A DNA stretch of 64,000 nt, taken from the IMG/VR virus record IMGVR_UViG_3300021197_001365, positions 13,736 to 77,735 of that record; one strand, given 5' to 3'. The DNA is from a virus. Every line of letters begins with the position of its first letter. The stretch's first letter is position 1. The notes beneath the pieces were generated by a model. That model worked only from the letters and a program-made list of their open reading frames with translations, had not been told where the DNA came from and searched no databases. The translations under genes were made by a program, and so were the position numbers. Positions 29,323 to 40,079 of this stretch are shown here, piece by piece.

Positions 29323-29733
29323 TTAGTAAAGCCCTCCATCTAATGTGTCTGAGTCTGCGGCTCCGATTGCTATGGGTTGCCATTCAAATGTACCCGGCGA
29401 GACCTCTCTGTAGATGTATAAAGTTTCTGTATCAGTTTCGTACCAAATGTCCCCTTGCTCCACTCTATCACCGCTAGGTGCAGAAGTACCACGAAAACTT
29501 TGGTCAGCTAAAATCTTTAGTGCCTCGTCTAAGAATCCAGACGGGATTGTATTGTGTGCTTGTACTGTTACACTGGAAGCGTCTATCACTCCAGGAACTG
29601 CCGTAGGCACTGCTAAATTATATGCTTGAATAGTAGTAACGTCGTCAGTAAGATTTATAGATATTTGGTCGCCTGTTGCAGCAATTTCTGACACACTTTC
29701 AGTTACTTCAATTACTGTAGAAACTGTGGACAT
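29323..29733 (-). CDS. Structural protein (fibre adaptor-like)
   Basis: SAPS...QGDIWYETDT, C-terminal LDGGLY. Confidence 0.7.
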   Translation of the reverse strand: MSTVSTVIEVTESVSEIAATGDQISINLTDDVTTIQAYNLAVPTAVPGVIDASSVTVQAHNTIPSGFLDEALKILADQSFRGTSAPSGDRVEQGDIWYETDTETLYIYREVSPGTFEWQPIAIGAADSDTLDGGLY

Positions 29734-30104
29734 TATCTAGTAACCTCAGGATTTATTGTAGCATTTCCTTGAATTATTCTTTTTACTACCGCATCACTGC
29801 TTGTAAATATTTCTACATCATATACATATTGACCGGCCGGTATATCTTTTGAACCACTTCGAGTAACGCCCGAAGAATCTGTCCAATTTCCATTGGGAAG
29901 CTCCACTTTAAGAGACCCCGTAGAAGCATTAGTTACTGTAACTTTAAGATACCCCGAAACGGCAGTCGCTGTATGAGACGAGCGCAGCTGTCCACGACCT
30001 GCGTAGTTAGATAAATTTTTAGCAGTTCCCGATTCTTTGATTACTAAATCAACCGCAAAGTCGGATCCTTGGTCAATGAATAAGTTGTAAGTAGCTGCGC
30101 TCAT
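29733..30104 (-). CDS. Baseplate/fibre attachment protein (BppU-N / LtfC-like)
   Basis: YNLFIDQGSDF...YVYDVEI...RIIQGNATINPEVTR; position equivalent to T5 collar p132. Confidence 0.7.
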   Translation of the reverse strand: MSAATYNLFIDQGSDFAVDLVIKESGTAKNLSNYAGRGQLRSSHTATAVSGYLKVTVTNASTGSLKVELPNGNWTDSSGVTRSGSKDIPAGQYVYDVEIFTSSDAVVKRIIQGNATINPEVTR

Positions 30105-30124
30105 TTAAAGTTCTCCATGATGAA

Positions 30125-30164
30125 ATTATAACAAAAGGGACATTTTATGTCAAGTGTTATTTTT
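30125..30164 (-). promoter_or_regulatory. sigma70-type promoter for the side-fibre operon
   Basis: On - strand AAAAATAACAC-TTGACA (30153-30148), 17 bp, TATAAT (30130-30125). Confidence 0.88.
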
Positions 30165-30171
30165 TTGGTGG

Positions 30172-33100
30172 TTATGATAATTTTCCAAGTATTACTCTTG
30201 AATTTCCGCTTCCATCTTTTATAATTATCTGTTTATTAGTAGAATCAAGATCTATTGTGCCTCCACTACTTCCGGATTCAGTTGATAATGTAATCTTTCC
30301 TGAGGTAATTGATGTTGACGCACTAAAGGCCCCCTGTACTTGGCCCGCGGCATTGGCATTTAGAACGTTCCCAAGCTGAATAGACCCTGCTGTAATTTCA
30401 GTATTTAAATAATTGTTTTCTGAGGTTTGATCTAAAAATAGCCCAGAAGCGCTTAGTTGTGCTTTAAATTGAGTTGTAAAGCTATTAGTACCTGCAGTAC
30501 CCGAAGGGTCTCCGTTAAAAATGTCGGCTTCTAGAGCAATACCAGAAGCATTTATTGTATTTTTAAAAGCACCTACGAGTCTAGTGCTTGAATTGCTTGG
30601 GTCTCCATCAAAAATATCTGCTTCAAATACTCCTCCTGCAGCATTGAAAGCACTACTAAAAGCTGCAGAATAAGAAGTTGCTCCTGTTCCTCCTTGACTT
30701 TCGGGCAGGCTTCCAGTTAAAGAAGCGCTACCTAGTGATAAACTACTTAACTTTGCAAAAGTGCCGAGATTTAAACCATTCGAGCCTTCTAGATCAGTAA
30801 CACTTAAAGTACCGTTGGAGCCAGGAGTTAGAGATCCTATAGCCAGAAGAGGAGTAGAAATAAATCTATCTGCCTGGATAGTTCCTGTTTTAATGGCTGC
30901 TCCATTTATTTGTGTTACGCTAGCTTCGCCGGATATTGTACCATTTATATACTTAATAGGATTATAAGTAGTACTCCCACTAATTAAGTTATCACCACTA
31001 AAAGTTACAAGTCCTGTAAACCCAATACCTTTAATACAATCACTTCCTACACTCGGTGAAGCAGTTTTATCAACATCATCCCAAGCATTACTTGTGTAAT
31101 TCCCACTTTCAGAAATTGTTAAATGAAAATAGTAATAGCTTGTTTGACTTCCTGGAGTTGCTGTTGGGGGAACAGCTCCCCAGCCAGAAGCATATGTAAA
31201 AGTACCGTCAGTAAAGTTGGCACTAAAACCAGTTAGTGCTGGAACATCCGGAACATTGCTATCAGTAACTGCAGTTTGATAGTATACAACTCCAGATACT
31301 GTTCTTTGTCCTGGCTCTCCAGTTGTGCTTGTTCCCGGCAGGCCTTGTTTTGCTTTTGAAAATCCTTGAACTTTTGACGCAGTAAAATTAGTTCCATCTT
31401 CAGTCTTACCTGTAACACTAAAAGTTCTTGTAGCAGTATCTGTACTACTTCCAATAGCAGTTGCAACTCCAAAAGATACGGAGCCTCCGCTTATATCTGT
31501 ACTCCCATATGTTGTATCTGCAGTAATACCGCTTGTTGATGCTAATACTGTATATTGACCGTTACCAGCAGATGAAGTTACGGGTGTAAGACTTGTAGCT
31601 CCTTCACGAACAGTTACAGTACATTGAGAGCCTGAAAAATCACTAACCCCTCCGTCTTTATCCGCTGTAAGAATAACATTATCATTACTTAAAGATATAG
31701 TAATTGCATCTGCTCCTGCAGCGCCATCTTCTACTACTTCAATACTTTCTATATCTGTAAACGTTGCTCCTTGATAGGAGACCGTACCTGTTACAGTAAC
31801 TGAAGATGCATTTGCTGCTAAATCTGAAGCTCGAATATATACTACATCGCCTGTGGTAGTTGTACTACCGCCAGTTTCTGCTGTATAAAATGTTGCACCA
31901 CTCCAATTTACTGTTCCGGTAACATTTGTCTTTTTTGCAGTAATTTTGATAGCTGAAGGCTCTATTGTTCCATTACTCTGTTTGACAAAAAGTTGATGTT
32001 CTGGAGATACACTAAATAAACTTGCCTCTACATATCTTGCAATAAGAACGGGAGTAGACCAGTCTTGACCATCAGCATTTACTCCACTATCAACACCATC
32101 AATTGTAGCAGTAGCTCCAGTTGAAACTGCTGCTGCACTTGTTCTCCAAACATACTGAGTGCTTACAGTAGGGCCGGGCATTGTTTCGCTCCAGCCTCGA
32201 AGTCCCAGAGAGCCCGAAGGTGTGGATAGCCCTGGAGGATTAAAGGTATAAGTCAAATCTCCAGGAAGATTCGGTGCAGTATTTTCTGTGTTATTTGCTT
32301 GAAAAAGTTCTACAGTTGCGGTGCTAAGTCCATCATCTCCTGTGAATTGAACTGTAGTTGTCCACTCTGTATTAACAATATAGTCAAAATTTCCTGTTCC
32401 ATTTGCAGTTGCTGCAACTATCCATATAGTTCCAGAAGCTCCTGATGCTGCAAAAGCAGCATTTGCAGTGCTATACCAGCCTTCATCAGCACTGACAGAG
32501 CCTCCTGCATAAACTGCATTACTATTATCATCAGTTCCAGTTGGATCAATTAAACCTGTTGCTAAGTTAACTTTTACTTTGGGAAAACTTGAGGAAGGCT
32601 GATTTGGGGCATTAACCGATCTTTTATAAAGAAAAACTTGTCCAACTGTAGTTCCTTTTGTTCCGTCCTTTACAAGAGAAAAAGTTTGAGTAACCGACAT
32701 GCTTACAGCAGTTTCTCCTGCAGACATTCCTATAGTAAGTGGATAAGTAATTGCTTCTGTGTTTTCAAATGGGTCACCTATTTTTCCTTTAAATTTATGG
32801 TCGGCTATTATAGCATGGGCTACCTCTCCGGAAGGTGTAGTAGTACTTATAGCACCCACAGTTATTCCATTTGCAGTTGCTGAAAGAGCTGTATCTGTAG
32901 TAGTAATGCCCGAACTAGGAATAGTAAACTGGCTGCCCGTAGGAACTCCAGAAGCTATATACTGTAGCTTTGTTGCTCCTTTAAATACTTTTATCTGTGC
33001 CCCAGATAAAGGAACAGTACCATCGCTATTATTTATTACGTCTCCATCGCCGTCACACGGAACTATATGACTATCATTAATAAAGTTTACTGTTATACCG

Positions 33101-36100
33101 TTATGGCCAGCACGTAAACCAAGAATATTATCAACATCTTTTGCAAATATTTGGTCTGTTGGAGGCTCATTTGTATTTGTACCGCTTGAAGGCGCTGCTG
33201 CTGTCCAATTATCTGGCTTCTCTGCAACTTCTACAACTACATTTTTACTGCCACCATTTTTGTTTGTCCAAGTAAATGCATTATTTGCGTATAGAGTCGT
33301 TGGAACAGGCCAGTTAACATTAGCAATATCTCCGCCCGGGTCAAACCAGTCACCATTTTGATATGCATCTGCTCTAACTACTGCGCCACCTACCTTGAAT
33401 CGAAAGATAGGATCTGCGAACCCAGGAGAGGCTGTGCCTGTAAGTCGTATTTTTCCAGATCCTGAACTAGAAGGAGTAAAAGCAGGATTTGTTCCATTTT
33501 GATCATAAAGAACATCATAATCTGAAAGCTCTATTAAGACCGAACGGCTTCCTTCCCCTGCTGCAACATCACCAACTTTTGCCAGTGTTATTGTTTCAGT
33601 AACTGTTTTATCCCCGTCTCCTTGATCTTCTTTTTCAATTACTTGTACTCTTATTTGTATTGCGTCGGCGTCATCAAAAGGAAGTGTATTAGTTCCATTC
33701 CAAATATCTGCTTTGAATGTAAATAAGCCTGCAGTTGGATTTTGAAAAGAAGTATCTTCAGCTCGTAAAGGCATAGGAGACCCCGAAGGCTCCGTATTAT
33801 TATAGTCAACTTTAAATAGAGGATCATCAAATCCAATTGCAGTAGCAATTAATTCTAACTTTGGAGGAGCTAAGATTAATTCTTCATCTGGATTATATTG
33901 TAAAAAAGACTCATTTAAATCAAGAAGAATAGCTCTATCCCCTTGAAGGCTAGGATCAATAGTTAGAAAACTTTGAAATCTAAAATTTCCTGTACCATTA
34001 GTTGTAGTATTTGCAAGTCTACCTAATATAACATCTTTTCTAAAATCCGGAGCATAGTTTTGAACCCACAATTGAAGAGCTTCAGGATCGCCATTGTTAT
34101 CCAAAGCGCCCGGAGGCAAAGTTACTTTTCTGTCCAAAAATAATTCAGTAGCATTTTTTACATAGGCAACCCTAGCTGCAGTTACTACTAAATGAATTGT
34201 TACATTTGGATTTTCAGTTACTATAGCTTCTTCTACTGTGATAGAAGTTGTACTAGGTATGCTAGCTACATGAAATCGTCCAGTATTTTTTCCCGTTGTG
34301 GAGGAGATTTCTATAACAGAACCAATTTGTAAGTCAGCTACTGTACTCGTAGCTAAACTAGAAATAGTTTTAGTTCCAGAAGTAAAAGCAGTTGTTCCAC
34401 TTTGAAGTTGTTTTGCAAAAATTATTTTATTTAAATTATTTAAATCAGTAAAAGAATAGCTACCAGAGTCACGAGTTACTTTATTACTTCCGTCTACGAA
34501 TTTTATTGTTGCGGATGTATTAGTCCAGTACTTAGATAACCCAGTATTTGAACTATCCATAAAATGTTTTATATCATACCAGTAAAAAATTGCTAAATCT
34601 GCATCATATTTTGCATGAAGTAAACGAAAAGCAGGAGTTGAAGCAGAACTATCACTAGCTGTACTGTGGTCTAGTACTACTTCAGCATATCTACTGTTAG
34701 TTGTGATAACTCCTGGCCATGTTTTACTGCGTAATATATTTACATCAAAAATAGTATTTGCGTCAAGAGTTACTGCTTCCTCTCTTCTAGAACGGCTGGG
34801 CGCGAGTACAGGATTTGTATCTTCTCTAAACTTTAGAATTCCTCCACGATAGTCTTTCCAAGTACTAATATCCGTGGGGGTACCCTCAGTAGGTAAATAA
34901 TAGTATGCACCCCCTGTTATAACAATATCTTTGACTTTGTATCCATCATCATTACTACCGGAAACAAACCCTCCAATACTCGAGTCAAATACCCCTCTAA
35001 AGTTTCCAGTTGCTTCAGTCTCATTTGTTACAAATGGAATACTTGAAGCCAACCCTTCTGTTTGTATTCCCTTATTTCTATTTACACTGTCATCAAAAGG
35101 GTCTTCAACTACATATCGAGAAGAAGTCCATGCAGACTTATGCTGAGATACGGAAATAGCTCGTATTCGGAACATATATGTTCCATCGGGTACATCTCGT
35201 AAAGAAAAACGTCTTGCATTTTTCCCTAGATTGAACGTATTTTCTCTATCAGGAACTGTATGTAAAATTTCGAAACTATCTAAGAACCTGCTTATAGGAT
35301 TGCCGCTTGCATCAAATTCAGGGTATTCCCACTCGATTATAATTTCTTCATTAGGTCTAGAGGCATTAGAGTTTTGAAGAATAAATACATTTGTAGGAGC
35401 AGGAACTATTTGGGGTTCCGGAGCATAAACATCGTCAGGAATATCCAGTATTGCATCAGGATCATCAATAAAAGCATATTTATTATTTAAATGCTCTACT
35501 GCAGAAATGCTATATACATTTTTTGCATCTTGTGCAATACCTAAAATCTTATATAGATCAGGGGAAGATTTACTTGGTAGGCCGCCATCTGTTGCCGTTT
35601 CTTCAAGCATCCAAATAGAGCTAGGATCTGGAAGTGTATCGAAAGTGCCATCAACCGTTATTTGTGTTTTTCCAGCGGTTACAGTAAAACTACTTACTGT
35701 TTTTGTTTCTACAAAAGAGTCTTTCTTCCAGTTAAGTTCAATTAACTGACCGCCTGTTTCTTCTGTATATGCATTTGCAGCTTTTTCTTTAGTGTCTATT
35801 ACTCCAAGAGTTCTGCTTCCTGAAGAAGTATCTCTTACCCATGCTTTTAGTATTCTCTCCCCTCTTGTTAAAATTTGGTTATCACTACTGCTTCCTGAGC
35901 CATGATCAACAGTAATACTATCTTCACCAAGATAGTAAGCAGCAGGTTCTGTTATAAGAATATTTAATTTATAATCAAAAGTTGTAGTATCTAGAGTAAC
36001 TTCTCGATCTAAAGTAACAACATGATTTCCAGAAGTAGTAGTTGCTGAAGAAGTACGACCACTTAAAGATTTACCATAACGTGCGGCATCCTGTACTTCA

Positions 36101-38649
36101 ATTATATCTCCGGGCTTTAGAAATAAACCTTCAAAAGAAGTTTTAAATGAGACAATTTCAGTTTGTCCTTGGGCAGTAAATAGTTTCCATTTTCCATATC
36201 TTCGTGCCTGCCCTTCTGAAGTAACTCCAAAAGCAACAGCATTTTCTTTTATAATTCTTCCAGAAGATACAATAGCGTCTCTATCTTCTACAATAAGAGG
36301 CACTTTTTCATACCCAATTTCTGGATTGTTCCAAGTGACTACAACTTGATTTGTTCTTGTTTTTTGACCGGTGCTCTCATACACAAACTGTCCATCGACA
36401 ACATTTGCCTGAGAAAAACTGTAAACAGGGTCGCCAGGAGCATCCATTATTGTAGTTAACTGTCCATCCATCCAATAAACTAAAGAAGTAAAAACTGTTG
36501 CCATATCTTTTACAACTTTGTAAACATCAGTAGCTTTTGAAAGGTATAAGTTAGCTGTAAAACGAGGTTCAAAGCCCCCTTTTCCATCGGGTACTAGCTC
36601 ATCACAATATTTTGATACTCGATATAGAGAATATATATCTATATCTGATGTTTTTACCCAGTCTCCTGCCCCGAATCGATCATTTGTAATAATATCTAAA
36701 AAGATCCATACAGGGTTATTTGTATAATAAAGTTCTTCAGTTAAATTACCGTTCCAAAATTCCGGATAGGTAGGCACACTATAACTTGCACTAGTTCCTG
36801 CATCATTTGTTTTAGATTCTGTAATTCCTGAGTGCTCTCGAGGTTTGTATCCTTGAGGAACTTTTACTTTCATTCCTCTCATTTCATAGCTTCTTTTTGG
36901 AACACTAGAGTACTCACGAGAGTCTAAAAATAGACCAGCATGTGCCGTATAAGGGTAAGAAAACTTATCTTTATTTATCGCAACTAAGTTTGAAATTTGG
37001 GAAGTTGTATCGCCTTGATCTGAATCATAATCAGGAAAGTGATCCCCCCCTCCTTCCATTATGCCTCGACCTTTATGACGAGTCAAGCGAAAAATTTGTA
37101 TTTTAAAGTCTACAAAAGGTTTAATAAAAGATAAATCAATATAGTGCTCGAAAGAAACTGCACTTTTATCTTTTCCTCGATGCTCGATAGTAGGTTGTCC
37201 AGCACCTTGGGGCGTTTTAAAAACAGCTTTATAGTTTTCAAATGAAGTGGCTCCAGGAGCTTTTCTTGCAATTCGAAATAAATAAACTGCATGATTCTGA
37301 ATTTCATCTCCATTCTGCTTTTTAATTGCTTGAAACTGTCCGTATTGTATAGAAATACGAACTTCATCAAGAGTTGGAACTACACTATCTAGACTTCCGA
37401 ACATGCTGGCATTAATTTCAATAGGAGTAACTGCACCTTCCGTATCTATCGTTTGGCCTTCTGGGTAGTCTGAGGTAGAAAATCCATAAAGGTTGGAACC
37501 GTCCGGTTTAGTACGTAACTTATCATTTGGATTAGCCGTATCCCAAGAGGTATAATTTATCTGTTTTAATAAATTTGTAGGTAAAGCACCGGTATTTGCA
37601 GTATATGAAGCACCCCCTCCCACGCCATTTAATTCTGTGATTGCATCTTGATATGCATAACCGCCTCGAAACTGCGCTACAAAATTATTTGATTGTGGCG
37701 GATTATCGACCTCAACATCGTCAGCACTGCCTGGCTTAGACCCAGACAGAGTAAAGCAGTAAGTGCCGGCGCCTGCAGTAGGTCCATGTTCAATAGTAAT
37801 TTTATTAGTAACAACATTAAAACTACTAATTTTTATAGCTTCTAATACTTGTACTTTATAGGGGCGTGCAGCTAAGTTATTATTCCAAGGATTATACGCA
37901 TTTAAATCGGTGGGACTAAACTTAAGAGTAGTGCCAGAAATCCAGTGACCGTCTCCTACATACATTATATCATTTGTAACAGGGTGAGCAAGTACAATAA
38001 AACGATCTTCAATTAAAGGCGGAGAGCTTATTTCAAACGCAAAAGTACCCGATAATCCACTATTTCCTGAAGGGGAAACAGAAATTGAAGTTACTGAACC
38101 TCCTGTGAGTGCGGCTGTTGCAGTAACGTTTTCAACAACGGTACTTACACCTGCTGTAACTTTAAGAACTTTCACACTTGGAGCAGTTGTATATCCAGTG
38201 CCTCCATTTGTTATGCTTGGAGTTTCTAAACTTCCCACTATAACTTGATTACCTGCAGTTGCCGTTTGATTAAATGTTCGATAAACTTCACTAAAATTGC
38301 TTGCGCCTGTAATTTCTAATGTTTTAGTTGAATAGTCATAAGTTGCTGAAGACTTTGTAATACCTTCATTTCTTATAAGTAAAAAATTATCATTTTTTGG
38401 AATACCCGCATTCTCAGAAAAAGAAAGGGGTAAAGCAGGAGTTATACTATCACCCTCAGTATCGCTACTACCAGCAAAATTTATTTTAGCATTTATAGGA
38501 GTCCAAGGAGCATCAGGATCTAAATCTTGTACACGTTGACCATTAAGAAATATGGAAGAATCTCCGTAAACAAGACCCTCAACGGGGCCTTCACAAATTG
38601 CATCGTGAATAAAAATATGTTGTTGATTACTTTTTATGGGCGTAGCCAT
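30172..38649 (-). CDS. Tail tip / central fibre protein, lambda gpJ-like (2825 aa)
   Basis: ICEGPVEGL, YPYTA, TNNPVWIFLDIITNDRFGAG, YCDELVPDGKGGFEPRFTAN, LKPGDIIEVQD, FN3 domain, C-terminal RVILGKL. Confidence 0.93.
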   Translation of the reverse strand: MATPIKSNQQHIFIHDAICEGPVEGLVYGDSSIFLNGQRVQDLDPDAPWTPINAKINFAGSSDTEGDSITPALPLSFSENAGIPKNDNFLLIRNEGITKSSATYDYSTKTLEITGASNFSEVYRTFNQTATAGNQVIVGSLETPSITNGGTGYTTAPSVKVLKVTAGVSTVVENVTATAALTGGSVTSISVSPSGNSGLSGTFAFEISSPPLIEDRFIVLAHPVTNDIMYVGDGHWISGTTLKFSPTDLNAYNPWNNNLAARPYKVQVLEAIKISSFNVVTNKITIEHGPTAGAGTYCFTLSGSKPGSADDVEVDNPPQSNNFVAQFRGGYAYQDAITELNGVGGGASYTANTGALPTNLLKQINYTSWDTANPNDKLRTKPDGSNLYGFSTSDYPEGQTIDTEGAVTPIEINASMFGSLDSVVPTLDEVRISIQYGQFQAIKKQNGDEIQNHAVYLFRIARKAPGATSFENYKAVFKTPQGAGQPTIEHRGKDKSAVSFEHYIDLSFIKPFVDFKIQIFRLTRHKGRGIMEGGGDHFPDYDSDQGDTTSQISNLVAINKDKFSYPYTAHAGLFLDSREYSSVPKRSYEMRGMKVKVPQGYKPREHSGITESKTNDAGTSASYSVPTYPEFWNGNLTEELYYTNNPVWIFLDIITNDRFGAGDWVKTSDIDIYSLYRVSKYCDELVPDGKGGFEPRFTANLYLSKATDVYKVVKDMATVFTSLVYWMDGQLTTIMDAPGDPVYSFSQANVVDGQFVYESTGQKTRTNQVVVTWNNPEIGYEKVPLIVEDRDAIVSSGRIIKENAVAFGVTSEGQARRYGKWKLFTAQGQTEIVSFKTSFEGLFLKPGDIIEVQDAARYGKSLSGRTSSATTTSGNHVVTLDREVTLDTTTFDYKLNILITEPAAYYLGEDSITVDHGSGSSSDNQILTRGERILKAWVRDTSSGSRTLGVIDTKEKAANAYTEETGGQLIELNWKKDSFVETKTVSSFTVTAGKTQITVDGTFDTLPDPSSIWMLEETATDGGLPSKSSPDLYKILGIAQDAKNVYSISAVEHLNNKYAFIDDPDAILDIPDDVYAPEPQIVPAPTNVFILQNSNASRPNEEIIIEWEYPEFDASGNPISRFLDSFEILHTVPDRENTFNLGKNARRFSLRDVPDGTYMFRIRAISVSQHKSAWTSSRYVVEDPFDDSVNRNKGIQTEGLASSIPFVTNETEATGNFRGVFDSSIGGFVSGSNDDGYKVKDIVITGGAYYYLPTEGTPTDISTWKDYRGGILKFREDTNPVLAPSRSRREEAVTLDANTIFDVNILRSKTWPGVITTNSRYAEVVLDHSTASDSSASTPAFRLLHAKYDADLAIFYWYDIKHFMDSSNTGLSKYWTNTSATIKFVDGSNKVTRDSGSYSFTDLNNLNKIIFAKQLQSGTTAFTSGTKTISSLATSTVADLQIGSVIEISSTTGKNTGRFHVASIPSTTSITVEEAIVTENPNVTIHLVVTAARVAYVKNATELFLDRKVTLPPGALDNNGDPEALQLWVQNYAPDFRKDVILGRLANTTTNGTGNFRFQSFLTIDPSLQGDRAILLDLNESFLQYNPDEELILAPPKLELIATAIGFDDPLFKVDYNNTEPSGSPMPLRAEDTSFQNPTAGLFTFKADIWNGTNTLPFDDADAIQIRVQVIEKEDQGDGDKTVTETITLAKVGDVAAGEGSRSVLIELSDYDVLYDQNGTNPAFTPSSSGSGKIRLTGTASPGFADPIFRFKVGGAVVRADAYQNGDWFDPGGDIANVNWPVPTTLYANNAFTWTNKNGGSKNVVVEVAEKPDNWTAAAPSSGTNTNEPPTDQIFAKDVDNILGLRAGHNGITVNFINDSHIVPCDGDGDVINNSDGTVPLSGAQIKVFKGATKLQYIASGVPTGSQFTIPSSGITTTDTALSATANGITVGAISTTTPSGEVAHAIIADHKFKGKIGDPFENTEAITYPLTIGMSAGETAVSMSVTQTFSLVKDGTKGTTVGQVFLYKRSVNAPNQPSSSFPKVKVNLATGLIDPTGTDDNSNAVYAGGSVSADEGWYSTANAAFAASGASGTIWIVAATANGTGNFDYIVNTEWTTTVQFTGDDGLSTATVELFQANNTENTAPNLPGDLTYTFNPPGLSTPSGSLGLRGWSETMPGPTVSTQYVWRTSAAAVSTGATATIDGVDSGVNADGQDWSTPVLIARYVEASLFSVSPEHQLFVKQSNGTIEPSAIKITAKKTNVTGTVNWSGATFYTAETGGSTTTTGDVVYIRASDLAANASSVTVTGTVSYQGATFTDIESIEVVEDGAAGADAITISLSNDNVILTADKDGGVSDFSGSQCTVTVREGATSLTPVTSSAGNGQYTVLASTSGITADTTYGSTDISGGSVSFGVATAIGSSTDTATRTFSVTGKTEDGTNFTASKVQGFSKAKQGLPGTSTTGEPGQRTVSGVVYYQTAVTDSNVPDVPALTGFSANFTDGTFTYASGWGAVPPTATPGSQTSYYYFHLTISESGNYTSNAWDDVDKTASPSVGSDCIKGIGFTGLVTFSGDNLISGSTTYNPIKYINGTISGEASVTQINGAAIKTGTIQADRFISTPLLAIGSLTPGSNGTLSVTDLEGSNGLNLGTFAKLSSLSLGSASLTGSLPESQGGTGATSYSAAFSSAFNAAGGVFEADIFDGDPSNSSTRLVGAFKNTINASGIALEADIFNGDPSGTAGTNSFTTQFKAQLSASGLFLDQTSENNYLNTEITAGSIQLGNVLNANAAGQVQGAFSASTSITSGKITLSTESGSSGGTIDLDSTNKQIIIKDGSGNSRVILGKLS

Positions 38650-38662
38650 TTATATCTTCCTA

Positions 38663-39397
38663 TTAAAAGTGGAACGTTTGATTGTAATACGGACCTCGTC
38701 CTCCCCAATATGGTGAATATCCCCCATTTGAGTAATAGTTACTGTAAACATTGTTTTTATTTCTTAGTTCAAATCCAATTGGTCTACCTGGTACTCGTAG
38801 CTCTCCATAAACAACCGGAACAGGATCCCCCTCTAAAATTGTTTGCTCAGATCCTTTAAATAAGTAAGTGCTTTCGGGAGTGTTTTCGGGTATATCCATT
38901 GAAGGGTCGGGAGCCATTAACTGTTGAATACCTGTTAGTGCTAAATTTACTGCGACGCCTAGTGCCATCAATCCGAAAGTACCAGTTGCCAACATGGCGC
39001 TTCCGAATGTGACCGCCGTAGGCGCCATGCCCAAGCTGACCGCCGCCGCATTTTGTAAAGCTAAAATTTGTCCTCCTGTAAAATAAATTGCAGCTACAAT
39101 TAGAACCGCAGCTAAAATTTTACCAAAAGCACTTTTTGAGCCTGCAGGTTGAGGAGATATAAATACATCTCCTTCTCCTATTTTTAAAAGTAACTCTTCA
39201 TCCTTTTCTAAAGACTTTTCTCCGACTTTGCAAATAAAACCCACATCTTTTTCATGACAGTTAATTAAAAACTTATGAAGTTCTGGAAAGTTAGCATTTA
39301 AGCATCTCCAAACATCTGCAACGGATTCTGCATAAATAGTAAACTCTGAACCAAACTTTTCTGCAAGTGATCCTTGTAAATATACTTTACGCTCCAT
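38663..39397 (-). CDS. Tail assembly protein, lambda gpI-like
   Basis: VYLQGSLAEKFG N-terminus, hydrophobic middle, EGDPVPVVYGELRVPG. Confidence 0.9.
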   Translation of the reverse strand: MERKVYLQGSLAEKFGSEFTIYAESVADVWRCLNANFPELHKFLINCHEKDVGFICKVGEKSLEKDEELLLKIGEGDVFISPQPAGSKSAFGKILAAVLIVAAIYFTGGQILALQNAAAVSLGMAPTAVTFGSAMLATGTFGLMALGVAVNLALTGIQQLMAPDPSMDIPENTPESTYLFKGSEQTILEGDPVPVVYGELRVPGRPIGFELRNKNNVYSNYYSNGGYSPYWGGRGPYYNQTFHF

Positions 39398-40079
39398 ATC
39401 TATAAACTCCTACTAATGCTTTCATCCAAAATCTATTTAAAGGCTCTCTACAAGATAATCTGTTTTCTGCATGATGAAAAAAATTGTTATCACCAATATA
39501 CACTCCACAATGATCCGGCACATCATGTTTTACTTTAAAAATTAAAACATCGTTTTTTTGAACATCTTCCATAGAAACTTTTTTACCACCCCACTTTTCT
39601 ATAATTTGATCTGAAAAATAATCAATATTCTTATCCCACCAATTATCTTCAAAAGGAACTCTAGGGGGTATTTCTATATTTTTTGATTTTAAGTAATCTC
39701 TCATAGCTTCGAAACAGTCTCTTACACCAAATTCATATTCACGACCAATTAAAGGATAACTTTTCTGTTCTGGCTCTAAAATACATAAATCCATTTCAGG
39801 ATAGCTAAAAATCCAGTAAGGTATTCCTAATGCATTACAATTATTTATATCTGCTTGACTTGGTTCATTACTTGCATCTGGATGATTATGTACAACTGCA
39901 AATATGTCACACTGCTTTACTATTTCAAAATATTCATCTGATGATAGTATAAAGTCATCTTCATTTTCTGCTACATTTGTACAAGGAAACCATTTCTTCT
40001 CTCCTCTTATAATTCCAATAATGCCACAGGCTTCCCTGGGATATGATGCTTCAAAATGTTGTTGTATTTCTTCAATCAT
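39387..40079 (-). CDS. Tail assembly protein, lambda gpK-like (JAB + NlpC/P60)
   Basis: YPREACG, VHNHPD...PSQAD, GREYEFGVRDC, HCGVYIG...HH. Confidence 0.93.
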   Translation of the reverse strand: MIEEIQQHFEASYPREACGIIGIIRGEKKWFPCTNVAENEDDFILSSDEYFEIVKQCDIFAVVHNHPDASNEPSQADINNCNALGIPYWIFSYPEMDLCILEPEQKSYPLIGREYEFGVRDCFEAMRDYLKSKNIEIPPRVPFEDNWWDKNIDYFSDQIIEKWGGKKVSMEDVQKNDVLIFKVKHDVPDHCGVYIGDNNFFHHAENRLSCREPLNRFWMKALVGVYRYGA

